A model generated the notes under the pieces. The model saw only the letters and a list, made by a program, of their open reading frames with translations. It had not been told where the DNA came from and did not search any database. Source: Stegostoma tigrinum (taxonomy: Eukaryota). From it: a stretch of DNA of 64,000 nt. Shown in pieces: positions 49,051 to 61,269 of the stretch. Each line of letters opens with the position of its first letter. Position 1 is the first letter of the stretch. The translations under genes were made by a program, and so were the position numbers. Location of the stretch: the NCBI RefSeq assembly GCF_030684315.1, contig NC_081396.1, positions 1,054,001 through 1,118,000 of the forward strand, in the 5' to 3' direction.

Positions 49051-51691
49051 TCCTTTGGAAAATAAATTCCACCTAAATTGTGCAAAATCCGGAGCAGGCG
49101 CACTTAGCTGTCACTAATTCAATCTGACACTGGGTAGGCAAGGCAACGAACCTCATATCGAAATGTCACCGAATTGTGTCCAGAAGCTGCTGTGAAAATA
49201 AACCACAGATCCCTAGTGAAAGACACAGAGAGAAGAGATACACATGTGAGTTCACATTTACTACTTCCAACTCTCAATAATCTAGTGTCATTGGAGTTGC
49301 CGACAGCGAGCTGGAACAGAGATCTCATTTTCCGAGTTTAACATCTTCACCTCCAACCAAAGGCAATTTGATGTGAGCATCCAGCGTGACGAAACGTGTT
49401 TATGAGGTCGGGGTTTCAAAATGGGCGTCATGGAAAGTGCTGAGAATGTAATGAGCATACGTTCATCATCAACATGATGAGACAGAACTATGTTTTTCCA
49501 GAAGATTGGACCAATCTTTATCCCACACTGTTGACACTTCCTTATCATCGGTTTCATCTTCATTGCCTCCTTCTGTTGGGTTTTTTTCTGTGTCAGTTGA
49601 CTCGACATTTCTCTGACTTGAGGTTCCACAATCGAACAAAGCAAATCCTACAGATGTGGTCTTTAATTCCAATTTACTGAGTGTTCTTTTCAATTGCATT
49701 TTCCGAGTGACTAATCTCTTTGCAGACTGCATAGACGTTCTCTAGGTTTAGCTAAGATATCTAGGGTCTTTAAGTTTTGGTTAATATGAGAGTGGAAGTT
49801 TAATGGCTGCACTTTATTCTCTGTCCTACTTTGTACGACAAAATAGAGAGTCACTGTGCATTTCGTTGTTGTAGGATACAGATATACAAATAACTTTGGT
49901 TATCTCCATAATACTGAACATAAACATCTTAGGGGAGTTGCCCTTGAAATTCTACAGCCTGTGATTGTGCAGTTATAATGACGTTTCCTTTGTGCCACGT
50001 AGGTACAGTTCTAGAGTTCTAGATTCACCAGCGTAGAGGCAAGTAATAAAATCTCTGGTTGGGTTAGTTAGAAAATGGATACACTGTAGATGCTCATCGA
50101 TACAGTTTATTGCCACATTGAAGATGGAAGTTCGAAATTATTCAATTTCACTCAGTGATTCTCGAGAAACAAGGACTCTGAGATATGTTGGATATGAAAG
50201 TATGCTGCAGATGTTTTAGTGGCAGGATAGACAGCACAACAGAGAGAAATGAATCGACATTTTTTTGAATAGTTTGAGAAGAAACAGGTTTGCGTGAATG
50301 CATACTAGCATACATCCATTAGAATGAACGGCACTTTTGATGTTAGGATTCCAAATGTTTTTTTCAGGGATCTAGATACAAGACTGCACACTGTCCATGT
50401 CTTAGATTTGTCAATGCTTTCAGTTTGAATGATGTTGTATGCTGTTGTCCTCCCTCTGATTGGCTTGTCCTTGCTCTTGTGCAATAAGACATTCACACAC
50501 ATTTCTATACTCAGAGTCAAATGCAGAAATGCACACATCGCACATATATGCACACACAGATAGCAGGGAGCTATGTTGTGCTCTCAGCAGATAATTTTAT
50601 TAATATTATTTTATTGCCAAGTTACTGAACTAATGTGAAAACCTTTGTTTAAATGCCGTAAAAGGAGATCGCAGTAAGCAAATGGTGCACAGACCAAAAA
50701 CAGATAAACAGAGGCATGCAGGTTATATTTGACAGGATGAGCGCGAGGTGAAAGCCAGATGAGCAAGACAAGCATTAGCCGAGTCCAAAGAGTTCATTTA
50801 TGCGTCTGGCAATGGCTGGGAAGAAACTATTCCTGAAGCTGCTCATCTTCTGCTTGATTGAAGAGACTGTAGACGATCATTCCAGGGTTTTAATCAGTCT
50901 TTGATAATGATGGTAGCCTTTGTGCGGCAGAGACCCGGTGAATGGATTCCATGATTTAAGCTAAGCTTCTATGATTCTCTGGGCTGGACACACCACCTTC
51001 TGTACTTTCTTATGGCCTTGGGAAAACCATTAGCAATTCCAGGCTGTTAAGCACCTGGGCGATATACTGTCAATGGTGCATCTGCAGAAGTTGGTGAGGG
51101 ACCTCCTGGACATGCAAAATTTCAATTGTGTCACCTGAGGAAGAAAAGGTGTTGTTGTGCCTTCCTGATTGTTACATCTCTGTGGAATCGAGGAAAGTTG
51201 TGGATTGTCGTCAATCGAAGTGACTTGATGCTCTTCACTCTCTCAACATTAGTTCCATGTGATGACATCGATGATGGGAGCATTTGTACACAATTCCCTC
51301 AATACAATCAAATCAGCCACTCTGAAAGCCCGCAATGAATAAACTGCTATTATGTCTCTTGGATGCCCCATACTCCCTGATATGTGTGGAAGACATGTGA
51401 ATCATGTAAAAGTACAGCTCTGCCCAAGCGCATTATGTGCAGATGTGATGACAGAATATTGTTGCTAGTGGAGATTTGAAAGTTGTTTTTCAAATATGAC
51501 TTTATTCTGGTTTGCGTGAGTGCTCGCACCCTTTAGTTTACATTATCAGCTGCTCCGTGAAACAGTTGAGTGACAGTTTGAATTGTGGTTAATTTAGATT
51601 CCGTCCAGTGCAATTTTACGTTTCTAACAGTACATTGCAACCACACTGGATTCACACAAACTCCCATAGAGAGCCATCTATGATTCTCATT

Positions 51692-52170
51692 AGTTCTTGT
51701 ACAGCGGTGAGATGTGTTTTCTCTTCACTATGTTATTCTGAAATGCACAGTAGTACATGGCAGCATCAGTCAGCTGCAACCCAGTGAAAGCCAACCTTGT
51801 GAATTTCTTCATGGTCTGAAGTTCCATAGAGAAAGGATCTTGTGCAAAATTTGCTTTGTCATTAAAACCGCTAGTATCTTTGAACAAAATAAAATCAGAC
51901 TGTATGCATGGTTGCTGCCGGTTCCAGAATAGTAGACAGTAGCTCACTGTAGTTTCATAGATGCAACTTAGAGTAACCCCATATCCTCCTGTCCAAACTT
52001 CAGAGGAAAATGACTCAGTGACAGAATCTCCATGACTCAGATCTGAAATGAAAAGCATTAATCGATTGGAAACTGTCAGGCTGGGATCAGTTTCACCTGT
52101 GAAGTGATGAAGAAGTGTAGAATGTTCACAGTTACCTGTTAGAATTGCCACCCACAGAACCAAAGTGCCA
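51692..52170 (-). pseudogene. Inverted TRAV/TRDV V segment (open V exon 52042-51733, but probably non-functional)
   Basis: Paralogue of the V at 14733 (GDSVTESFSSEV...LQLTDAAMYYCAF). The leader ATG and proximal promoter are deleted. RSS is CATAGTG with a 25-nt spacer and ACAAGAACT. Confidence 0.88.
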
Positions 52171-55100
52171 TGTGGGCAGGAAGAAGACAAAGACTGTGAA
52201 TGAATTGACACATCCCTAGTCACTGCACTTATAATGGAGCATCGAGAACTCTGAAAGATTAACTTGCTTTCATGCTAAGAAATTCCCAAAAAACAAGCAC
52301 TTAAGCATTTACACTGAAGTCTCCTTTTTCGTTTTCACTGATCAAATCTCCAGTTGACTCCAATTTTTTCTTTTTAATCAGTTTGTGAGATTGCGGGTGC
52401 ACAGCTGACTCCACCATTTTGATTTCAACCATAACTGCGTCCTCTCAAATTACAAATCCTCAAATTCCACTTTCTACATGAGAGGACCCAAACTCAGCCT
52501 TATCTAGCGTTATCTCCATTATGAATTTCAATAAATTCTCCTTTATTCTGCTCTTCTATTGCTGTTTCTCTGTTCTCAGCCTCAAGATTATCACTTTCAC
52601 TCTGTGTTACTCCCTCTCAGCGTTCTTTTATGAGTGTAGTCTCAACTTCCTTCTTCCCCTCTGTGAGTTCGTTCCGACTCGCTGGACACAGAGGCTTCGT
52701 ATGGCAGGAACCACTGTATGTCTGAAAAATTTGCAGTCCCGGTCTTCAGTTCGAGCAGGAAATGTGAATGCACACGATTGTGTGTGCATGCGTGCTTCTG
52801 TGTAGGACGTTAATCTCTCCGTGTGATAGGATCTGTTTGTCAGTGCTTTCACAAAGCCAACGTCTTTCTGCATTGCACTTCAACTTGATTTGAAGTGGCA
52901 CAGTGCCACTCTCACTTGTCTGCCTGAGGTTGCTGCAGTCTCACGGAGAAAATCGCCAGGGAATCAGTCAGAGTGACAGCAGTAGCAGACATCAAATCTA
53001 ATCAAACAGCAGTGTCGGAACACATATAAAGACAAGGAAAGGTCGTTTGGGCAGTAGAGAGATGTCCACGCTGAAGATGACAAAGGGGTCAATGTGTGGA
53101 TTACAAAGAAGATCAGTGTGGAGAAAACAAACATGATCAGCGCATGGATGACCGATTATTTAACCAAGTTGTCTCAAAATCTTATGTTTCAGTTCTGACA
53201 ATTGTGACTATTGCAGCCTCCAGAAGATACAAGACCAGTCATTGTAGTTTTTCCATGTCTAACTCAGACTTAAAAAAATATTTAACACGAAGACTTTGTG
53301 ATAAATAATTCCACAGATTATTTTCGAATGCAGAGAAGAAATTGCTTATCATCTCGATTTTAAATGTCTGACTTCTTAGTAGTACATTATTCTGTCTGCT
53401 GGTAGACTTACCCACAGTTGGGAAAAAAACAACTTCATGCGCCCACTCCTACAACATTTCATGACAAGATTCAGGAACATGTGACACTTCAATGTGAGCT
53501 TCCTGTTACAAATATGAGCGCTACCACAATGCCACAAGTTCCCTCCACTCAGCTTGATTGGACTCTGACAAATTTTGCGGAAGTTCTAAAGCACAATGAA
53601 TGTTTATTCAACTCATTTCTCTGCAGACCTCCATTCCTGGTTTAACACAGCAGTGGGGTTCGATTTGGAATAGTTCCACGTTTTAGAGTCAGGAGTTAAG
53701 TTGATCGTCTGGTTTGTTAAATCAAGTAATGGAGCAGGTTTTGCAGCATTATGCAGACAACTGAAGAACAACCTGCCACCAAAGAGAACGTAACTTTGCA
53801 TCTGTTTTAAGCACCAGCCTCATTACATTGTGACATATGCCCATTGTGTACAAACCATTCCTGAAACAGAAAGACTCACTGAGCAAATTTCCCCCCTTCA
53901 CAAACTGTAGATTGCTAATCCCGGAAACTAACATAGAAGATATGGAAACAACATTTTAGAATGATAGGAAATGAACAAAGAAGATGAAAGTACAAAAGAA
54001 ATGCGAAAATATTGCCAGCGAATTTATAAATGACAGATGGATATTCGAATACTGTTAACGTAGCATAAAATCAGTTTGTGTTATTCCTTTGCTGAGGGCA
54101 GCAGCGAAATGTGTGCGAGCAAGCATGACTTATGTTTATCAATATCAGAACATTGTCAGCATGCGAGCTAGTTGCATGGGGGAATCTGGTAACGATACGG
54201 TAGTGTCCCTCTTCAGAGGAATGAGACACATCTTCAAGACACACGTGCTCAAGAGCTCGGCAATGAAACATGGACGGAGTAGACACGGAAAAGTTGTTTC
54301 GCCCTTTGACATATTCGAGGAGTTATCGGCAGAATCGTAGAATAAGGAGTGACAAATTTAGGACAGAAATGAGTAGGCATTTATTCTCTTAACGGGAGCA
54401 GAATCTGGTATAATTTATCAAACAATCTAAGTCATAAATATGTGTACATCTGAAATCGACTAGGAAAGACCATGCACCGGGCTTGTATCCTCTGGAAGTT
54501 TCTAGAGTCAGGCTTATGAGCAATAGTGGAAAGTGCCTGAGTTACAGACTCTCCTTGATTCAGAGCTAAAAGGTATAATGGTCTTCAATAAAAGTGTCAG
54601 GCTGTGCTCAGTTTAAACTACGATTTGGTAAAGGAATTTGAAACTATTTCCTCCACATTTACCTGTTAAGTTGTTCCCCAAGTACCCTATCAACATCATC
54701 AAGAAGGTGGAAAGGCCCTCTACTTCTGCACTATTGTCATCATCGTGAGACAACACAATGAACAGCCTGTCTAGAAACCCCGGGAGACAGGCGCTATACC
54801 GATAGGCTCACCACGTCAACTACTGCAACCTTTCAGAGAAGAATCAATAACTGAGCAAAAATGGATATCGTGAAGCACCCGTCTTCAATTTGAAAATAAT
54901 GCATGAAACATAATTGGTCAGACTTTAGCATGATCCAGGTTCTAAACGAAAAGTCAAGAGTGAAGAGACACACTTGCCCACAAATGGGTTTAAAACAGCT
55001 CTAAGTGATACTTCGGGAGACCAACAGGAGAGATCTATAAATGCAAGATGGTTGACAGCAAGAAAGGGAGCTTGATGTAAATTACAGCATGGAGCCGAAC

Positions 55101-55508
55101 TGATAAGTTAACTCTTACGTTGAATATTCACACTTTCGCATCCAGAACACACGTAGTGAAACGAACAGAGGAGAGGGAGATTAATACAATGTATAGAAAC
55201 GGAATGTTCCGAATCATATCGTTGTTACACTGGACTGTCAGGCACCTTTATGCAGTCATGAGACGACACGATCATTGTAAACGGGTCTTTGGTCCTGGTT
55301 TATTTTTAGACGAGATGTTGAAAGGCAATTTCGTCGAACTGCCAACTTGAAGAAAACTTGAATAAACAATAGAAGCAGCCTGAATGACTGTGGTCAGCTC
55401 TCACAGGTCCAGATTTCTGGATTTTGTTTTTATTTTCTCAGTTACGTCAGAATCTTTTCAGCGTCTCAGAAGAGTTGGGAAATTCCATGAATGTCTCTTG
55501 GCTGTTAC

Positions 55509-56209
55509 TGTTGGGTTCGTTTTCGGAGACACTCACGGACTTGATGCAATAACAAGACACCGACCTGTTTAAAAATACACCAATCCTTTATTACTAAGCA
55601 AGTACAAGCCGTGGAAGGTCACTGTACTCAATCCAGCAGAGAATGCAGAGTCTCGTAAGCACTTCGGCCTGAGCGGCAGACAGTCCCCCCTTTTTATACC
55701 TTATCAAGTGCATAATACACAAAACAATTTTACATCTCACAATGGCATAATACATGAAACAATCACTACACCGAACAATGACATGATACAAAAACAATTA
55801 CTACATCGAAAACATAAAGAGTGCAGCGTACAGTATTGATTGTTCACGAAGAGACTGCCAATAGCAGGAGGCGATTTCAAGTTGCCAAAGTGGCAGAATG
55901 TAATTTCAAGCCGCCGAAGTGTCTGGCTTGAACAAGAGCCAGTGCCCTGGCCCCTTTAGCGGAAACAGAAGTTACATACTTTACAGGATTTCAGAAGTCC
56001 CCCACCTTTACAAACGCTTTCCACCTAATGTGATTTGAGTCAGTTTCCACATACCCCTGTGCAGGAAGATAAAGATTTACAAAGTTTATATCTAATTCTA
56101 CTCAGGCAGGAAATTTTAAGGTAGTGTCTGCATACCTCTGTGGAAGCAGATAAAGAGTATTAAATTATATATAGAATATAGAAATCAATGGGATATTATA
56201 CCAATAACA
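55509..56209 (-). repeat. 3' LTR
   Basis: Direct repeat of 60567-61269. Minus-strand TATAAAA (~55697) and AATAAA (~55590). Preceded on the minus strand by the purine tract AAAAGAAGGGAATGAGA. Confidence 0.9.
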
Positions 56210-56229
56210 TCTCATTCCCTTCTTTTATC

Positions 56230-57652
56230 ATTTCTTGATAACCTGTATTGTGGCCGAGCAGTGAGCTGCTATTCTGTCAAACACAATTCTGCAGCACAAG
56301 TTCAGGCATACCATAAATATACAGCAGATAGCTATAATAACTATTAGAACAACTAACCCATGTAGCAAGTAGAAGCCCCAAGAACCGCCCATAAGCCATC
56401 CCAACAAGCACCCCCCGCCCCACCTCCGCTACCTCCCCCCGCCCCGTTGGTGTCCCTCTCTGGACTGTTCCAACTGCCCTTGTCTGGCTTGCATAGCCTG
56501 GGTAATATTGTAGGACTCTTTGGTAACATGGATAATTCACTTGTCCTCTATAATAGTACATACTCCTTCTTGCTGTGCTAGTTGATAGCCCACTGCATGC
56601 CAGATTTGTTGAGCATGGAGCCGACGTTTGGCTATTTCTTGGTTGACTGCCTCCAATACCTTAATTGTGCTGTTTCCCAAGGCAGTGAGTCCACATACAA
56701 GGTAATTTCGGGTTTTTTTGCCGCCATCACCCCTGGGGATCCTCCAAAGCTAACAGTTCCCAGCAAGCCATATCCCAAGGAAGACCTCAAGGCAATTGTG
56801 TTCTGCCATGCAGTGCAAAACTCCCGGCTCAGGAAGTGTGTGACAATTCACCGTTGAATCCGTGCTCGTTGGGGCAAGGGACTGTGAGAGGCCCAATGGT
56901 CCCAACAGCAAACAGAACTGGCAAAATTGGAGTGACAGTCGCGAAGGTCCCGTTAAGAATGAAAAAGAATCCCTTCTTAGCCCAGTAGCTGGTAACAGCC
57001 GCACATAATACTTGATAGCTATTCCAGGAGGACAGACCCTTGTATGAATGGGAATCAGCGGAATTCAATGGAAACGCCCCGTAGTCCGTTTCTACATGGG
57101 TGCCATTACAATAACCACAAGTCCACTGTATGTCCGGGGTCACAGTTAATGGCTTAGATTCTAAACAGAAGCAGTTCAACAGTCCTCCCTTAGTTGTGCA
57201 AGTTCTTTTTACACACCGATGGAGCCAGGAAACGTTGTGGGAGTGATTAGTGATGAGAGCATACCCACAAATCCCAGTTCCATTAAAGCAAAACGGATAG
57301 CTTTTGGGATTTGTACAGTTAGCCCCTTCCTTCCCATGCCGAGGTTTAGTCCTAATACAATCAGAGGGGCCATTAACTACCAATTACAACACCTACCCTG
57401 CACACCTCTCGTCCAAGTTCCCCTCTCCCCTCTGCAAGGTTTACCGGAATACTTCACTTCATAGAGCTGGCTAGGGTTCTAGCCTGGTGTTGCCACAAAT
57501 AACGCCTCTACAGACCGTGCTAGCAGGTAACTTGCTGTCCAATTCCCATGCAGCTGCATGTGTGCTCTCTAAAACAGATTATCCTGCTGACCACGCACAG
57601 TCAGAATAATACTCAGTCCGATGGTTAATTGCAAGCTGATGAGGGAATCCAT
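56230..57652 (-). pseudogene. env: Retroviral env relic (gamma-type TM)
   Basis: Signal-like MDSLISLQLTIGLSIILTV, Cys/NxT-rich SU (ORF 56829..57383), YQLAQQEGVCTIIEDK*IIH (ISD plus CX6C-like) and a hydrophobic anchor. Multiple stops. Confidence 0.8.
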
Positions 57653-59050
57653 CGTTTGCAGTCGCTTAGGTGGATCCAGTGATTCTGCCCTGTAACTCTA
57701 AGAGCTGTTGGAGTTTGAAGAAGCACTTGAAATGTTTTTTTTCCACCTTGGTGCAAGCTTGGGATGATCCCAGTCCCGGACAAGTACGAAATTTCCGATC
57801 TGTGGCTACAAAGAGTGATCCTGGTCCTTATGGTCTTGGTCTGGCGTCTGCAGAAGGTGTCTGAAGGTGCACTTCGCCTGTGAATGGAGAAGCTTCAGAG
57901 GTGATGTTAGTTACCAGAAGTACCTTTGCATTTCTTCTCCCATCACATTCAGGTCAATTTGTTGGGTGGGCTGGTATTGGTATCCCAGATTGTTCTGCTG
58001 GGTCTGCCACTGACGATTCCTGCTGCCGAGATTCCAGTAGTAGAATGGGATGTTATTTACATGTGCTATAAAGCTAGGGGCAAAACCTTTAACCAGTTAA
58101 GGTTGGTCTTTAATGTCAACTTGGTCAATTTTGCTTTGAGTGTTCCATTCGCTCTTTTCACTATCCCTGCCGCCCCCGTGTGGTAGGCACAGTGGAATTG
58201 CTGTTGGATGCTTAACACATCACACAGTTCCTTATTAATCTTTCCTATAAAGTGAGGGCCACTGTCCAAACTAATTTGTCGAGGCACTCCAAACCTCGGT
58301 ATTATTTCAGTTAATAATAATTTTACTACTATTGAGGCTTTGTTATTTGTCATTGAAAAAGCCTGTATCCACCTGCTGAATACATCTACAATGACAAGAC
58401 AATATTTATAACAGTTTACGCGTGGTAATTCGATAAAATCCAGCTGAATACATTCAAACGGTCCACCTGGCAAGGGTGTTTTTCCTGGTGAGCATCTCAC
58501 TCTCTGACCAACATTGTTTTACTGGCATGTAAGACATGATGCTGCACAAGACTGGGCTGCCTCAGCCAGTCTGGGCTGCCACCAGGTACGGAGCATAATA
58601 CCACTCATTCCCTCCTTGCCAAGGTGGGTGTCAAAATGCAGACAGTCATCAAGCATTGAAAACAAAACATCAGGTATACACATTTGGCCAATGGAAGTAA
58701 CCGAACTCCCTGAGGACGCAGAATGCGAATGTCCATGCGCCTTCCAAATATACTTTTCAAAAGCAGGGGCGTCTCCCTGTAAGTGCTGAACAGTGGCTAT
58801 ATCTGCCATGCCCATCTTGACTGAAGGAAGTGTGATTTACTGCGTCTTGTTCAAAAAGGGCACATTAAAAGTTTGATCTGCAGCAGCCTATTTGGCAGCC
58901 TGATCAGCCCCAGCATTTCCCTGAGTAACTATAGAATCATCGGAGGTATGGGCAGCGCATTTGATATTAGCCAATTGTTTAGGGAGGACGATTGCCTGGA
59001 GAAGGTTTTTAACATACAGGGAATTCTGGATCGATGTACCTGAGGACAAT
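57640..59050 (-). pseudogene. pol: Retroviral pol relic: RNase H C-terminus and integrase
   Basis: IKCAAH...GNAGADQAAK (RNase H), H..THLG...CLTC (HHCC), IQLDFIELP...VDVFSRW...IPRFGVP (IN core) and FQVLLQTPTALRV...WIHLSDCK (IN C-terminus). Confidence 0.92.
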
Positions 59051-59961
59051 TTTTCAAGCTTCCCTTGCGAGTTTTAAAATAATCCTGTCGTCCTTCCGTT
59101 TGTCCACCAGCAGTCTGTTCTGTATTCTGTTTCCTGTTCTTTTGTTTAGTTTTAGACCTAGAATGACAGGAGATAAGGTCTGTACAAGCCATGCGTTTGT
59201 CAGGAGATTCATGTGCACTGATTACTGAAGGGCTTGGAGATTCTAGACCTGGAGGTTTAGTTTGGTCAGCGTACGGTTGCGGTGATAGGGCTACAGGCGA
59301 TTGCTGGGACTGATGGCAGTGTTGGCGTGCCTGCAGATGTAGGTTGGCCAAGGACGGGTAGGGTTATGGAGGGGGTAGTGCTCCCGAAGGGGCAGAGGGA
59401 TGCCTTCCCCAGTCCTCCTCGTCTTGCTCATATGTATCATAATTTTGCAGCAACATCGGCATGCCAGCTATGCCAGGAGATATCTCCGATAGTTTTTGTT
59501 TCTGTCAATGCCGCTCTAATCCGAGTTCTTTGTCTCGTCTTTCCCGTTCCAGCCTTCCTTGTTTAACCCTTTCCTGTTCCTTAATATCATAATCCTGACT
59601 TTGCAGCTTTAACACCTCCAAGGTTTAGGCTTTCCCCTCACTATCACATGCTCTAATCCCTCTCCTACATGCTTTATTCACCCAATTGGCCAGTTTTGAT
59701 TTCTCAGTCAGCTCCTCAGCTCTCTTTCTCCAGGATGACATTAACCCTTTCCATTTGCTTCCCGCATTACATGTCCATAGTGGTTCCTTGGTTTTAATAT
59801 ATAGATCTGTATCCCATGTTCCCCCACAGGCCAATTCTCATTTCCCAAATTTTGTTTAGGCATGCCAACAGACGTCTGTACTGTACTTCATTTTCGGGGT
59901 CATCCTGGCATAACCGGTGCAAAGGGGTTCCGACACCCAACTTATCTAATGTTTGTCCCAT
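59050..59961 (-). pseudogene. gag: Retroviral gag relic (matrix and late-domain region)
   Basis: Starts MGQTLDK (myristoylation-type MG) at 59961 and contains HPSAPSGALPPP* (PSAP plus mutated PPPY late domains). CA, NC, PR and RT are missing. Confidence 0.75.
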
Positions 59962-60546
59962 TTTTAGCTCTTTTACTTTTTACTTATCTCTATATACTAC
60001 ACCAGTGTCCTTAGTCTCAACACTCACTTCAGGGCCCTGACCTTCGCGTGGCGGATCTCCCCTCTTAGCAAGTTGTCTAAGGCAGGGCGGTTGAGATGAA
60101 CAGACACTGTAACTGTCCTATACCTTACGCCTGAGCACTTATTCTACCTGCCATTCTTATACCTACGCCCCCGGACTTACTTAGTCAATTTTACCTGACC
60201 TGGGGACGCTAGCCCCGGCCACCAAGGGGACTCTAACCTCCAAGATTTTTCAAATACCTGACATGGGGATTCTAATCCTGGTCCCCGGGGTCTCTAACCT
60301 CCCGGATTTTTCTTTCCTAACCTGGGGACTCGAACCTGCAGGTGTTAGGAATTAACAGTGTTCGGACTGTGAGACGTCTCTGGGTTCCATCAGTACAGAG
60401 TCACGGAGAAACGAGGGGTCACACGGGTGGCAGGTTTGTTAGAGAGGCAAGGTGATTCGTACTTTGCGGGCCCGTCCGCCTCACTCCACGAACGATCGAG
60501 TGTTCTCTTATTCAGTCCTCCACGTAAGACTGCTGTACATGTTGGA

Positions 60547-60564
60547 ACCCTGCTCGCTGCACCA
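60547..60564 (-). promoter_or_regulatory. Primer binding site, tRNA-Ser(UGA)-type
   Basis: TGGTGCAGCGAGCAGGGT, 2 nt after the LTR. Matches 17/18 the complement of the vertebrate tRNA-Ser(UGA) 3' end ACCCTGCTCGCTGCGCCA (from recalled tRNA sequence). Confidence 0.85.
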
Positions 60565-60566
60565 AA

Positions 60567-61269
60567 TGTTAGGTTCATTTCCAGAGACCCTTACGGGCTT
60601 GATGCAATAACAAGACACTGACCTGTTTAGGAAAGAAAACACAAATCCTTTATTACAAAGCAAGTACAATCCATGAAGATTCACTGTACTCAACCCAACA
60701 CAGAATGCAGAGTCTCGTAAGCAATTCTCCGTGAGCAGTAGACAGTCCCCGCTTTTTATACCTTATCGAGTGCATAATACATAAAGCAATTTTACATCTC
60801 ACTATGGCATGTTACATGAAACAATCACTACATCGGATACTGACATGATACACAAACAATTACTACATCGAAAACATAAAGAGAGCAGGATACAGTATTG
60901 ATCATTTGAGAAGTGGCTGCTATCGCCCGGAGGAAATTTTAATTTGCCAAAGTGACAGAATGTAATTTCAAGCCGCCGAAGTGTCTCGCTCGAACAAAAT
61001 TCAGTTCCCTGGCCCCTTTAGAAAAAACAGAAGTCACATATTTTGTAGGATTTCAGAAGTCTCACAACCTTATAAACACTTCTGACCTAATCTTATTTGA
61101 GACATTTTCCACATAACCCTGTGCAGGAAGATAAAGATTTACAAAGTTTATACCTAAATCTAATCGGGCAGCAAGTTTTTAGGTAGTGTCTGAATACCTC
61201 TGTATGAGCAGATAAAGAGCAGTAAATTATAGAGGACACCGAAATCAATGGGATGTTATCCCAATAACA
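60567..61269 (-). repeat. 5' LTR
   Basis: Direct repeat of 55509-56209, adjacent to the PBS. Confidence 0.9.

Larger units (their letters stand above)
55509..61269 (-). mobile_element. Internally deleted class I (gamma/epsilon-like) endogenous retrovirus: LTR-PBS-gag(5')-RNaseH/IN-env-PPT-LTR
   Basis: Two ~700-bp direct repeats with TGTT...AACA ends, a PBS, a PPT, and recognisable gag, RNase H, integrase and env relics. Confidence 0.93.

Noticed and set aside
54640-55120. Possible Penelope GIY-YIG relic
   Set aside because: Too decayed to support any motif by eye.
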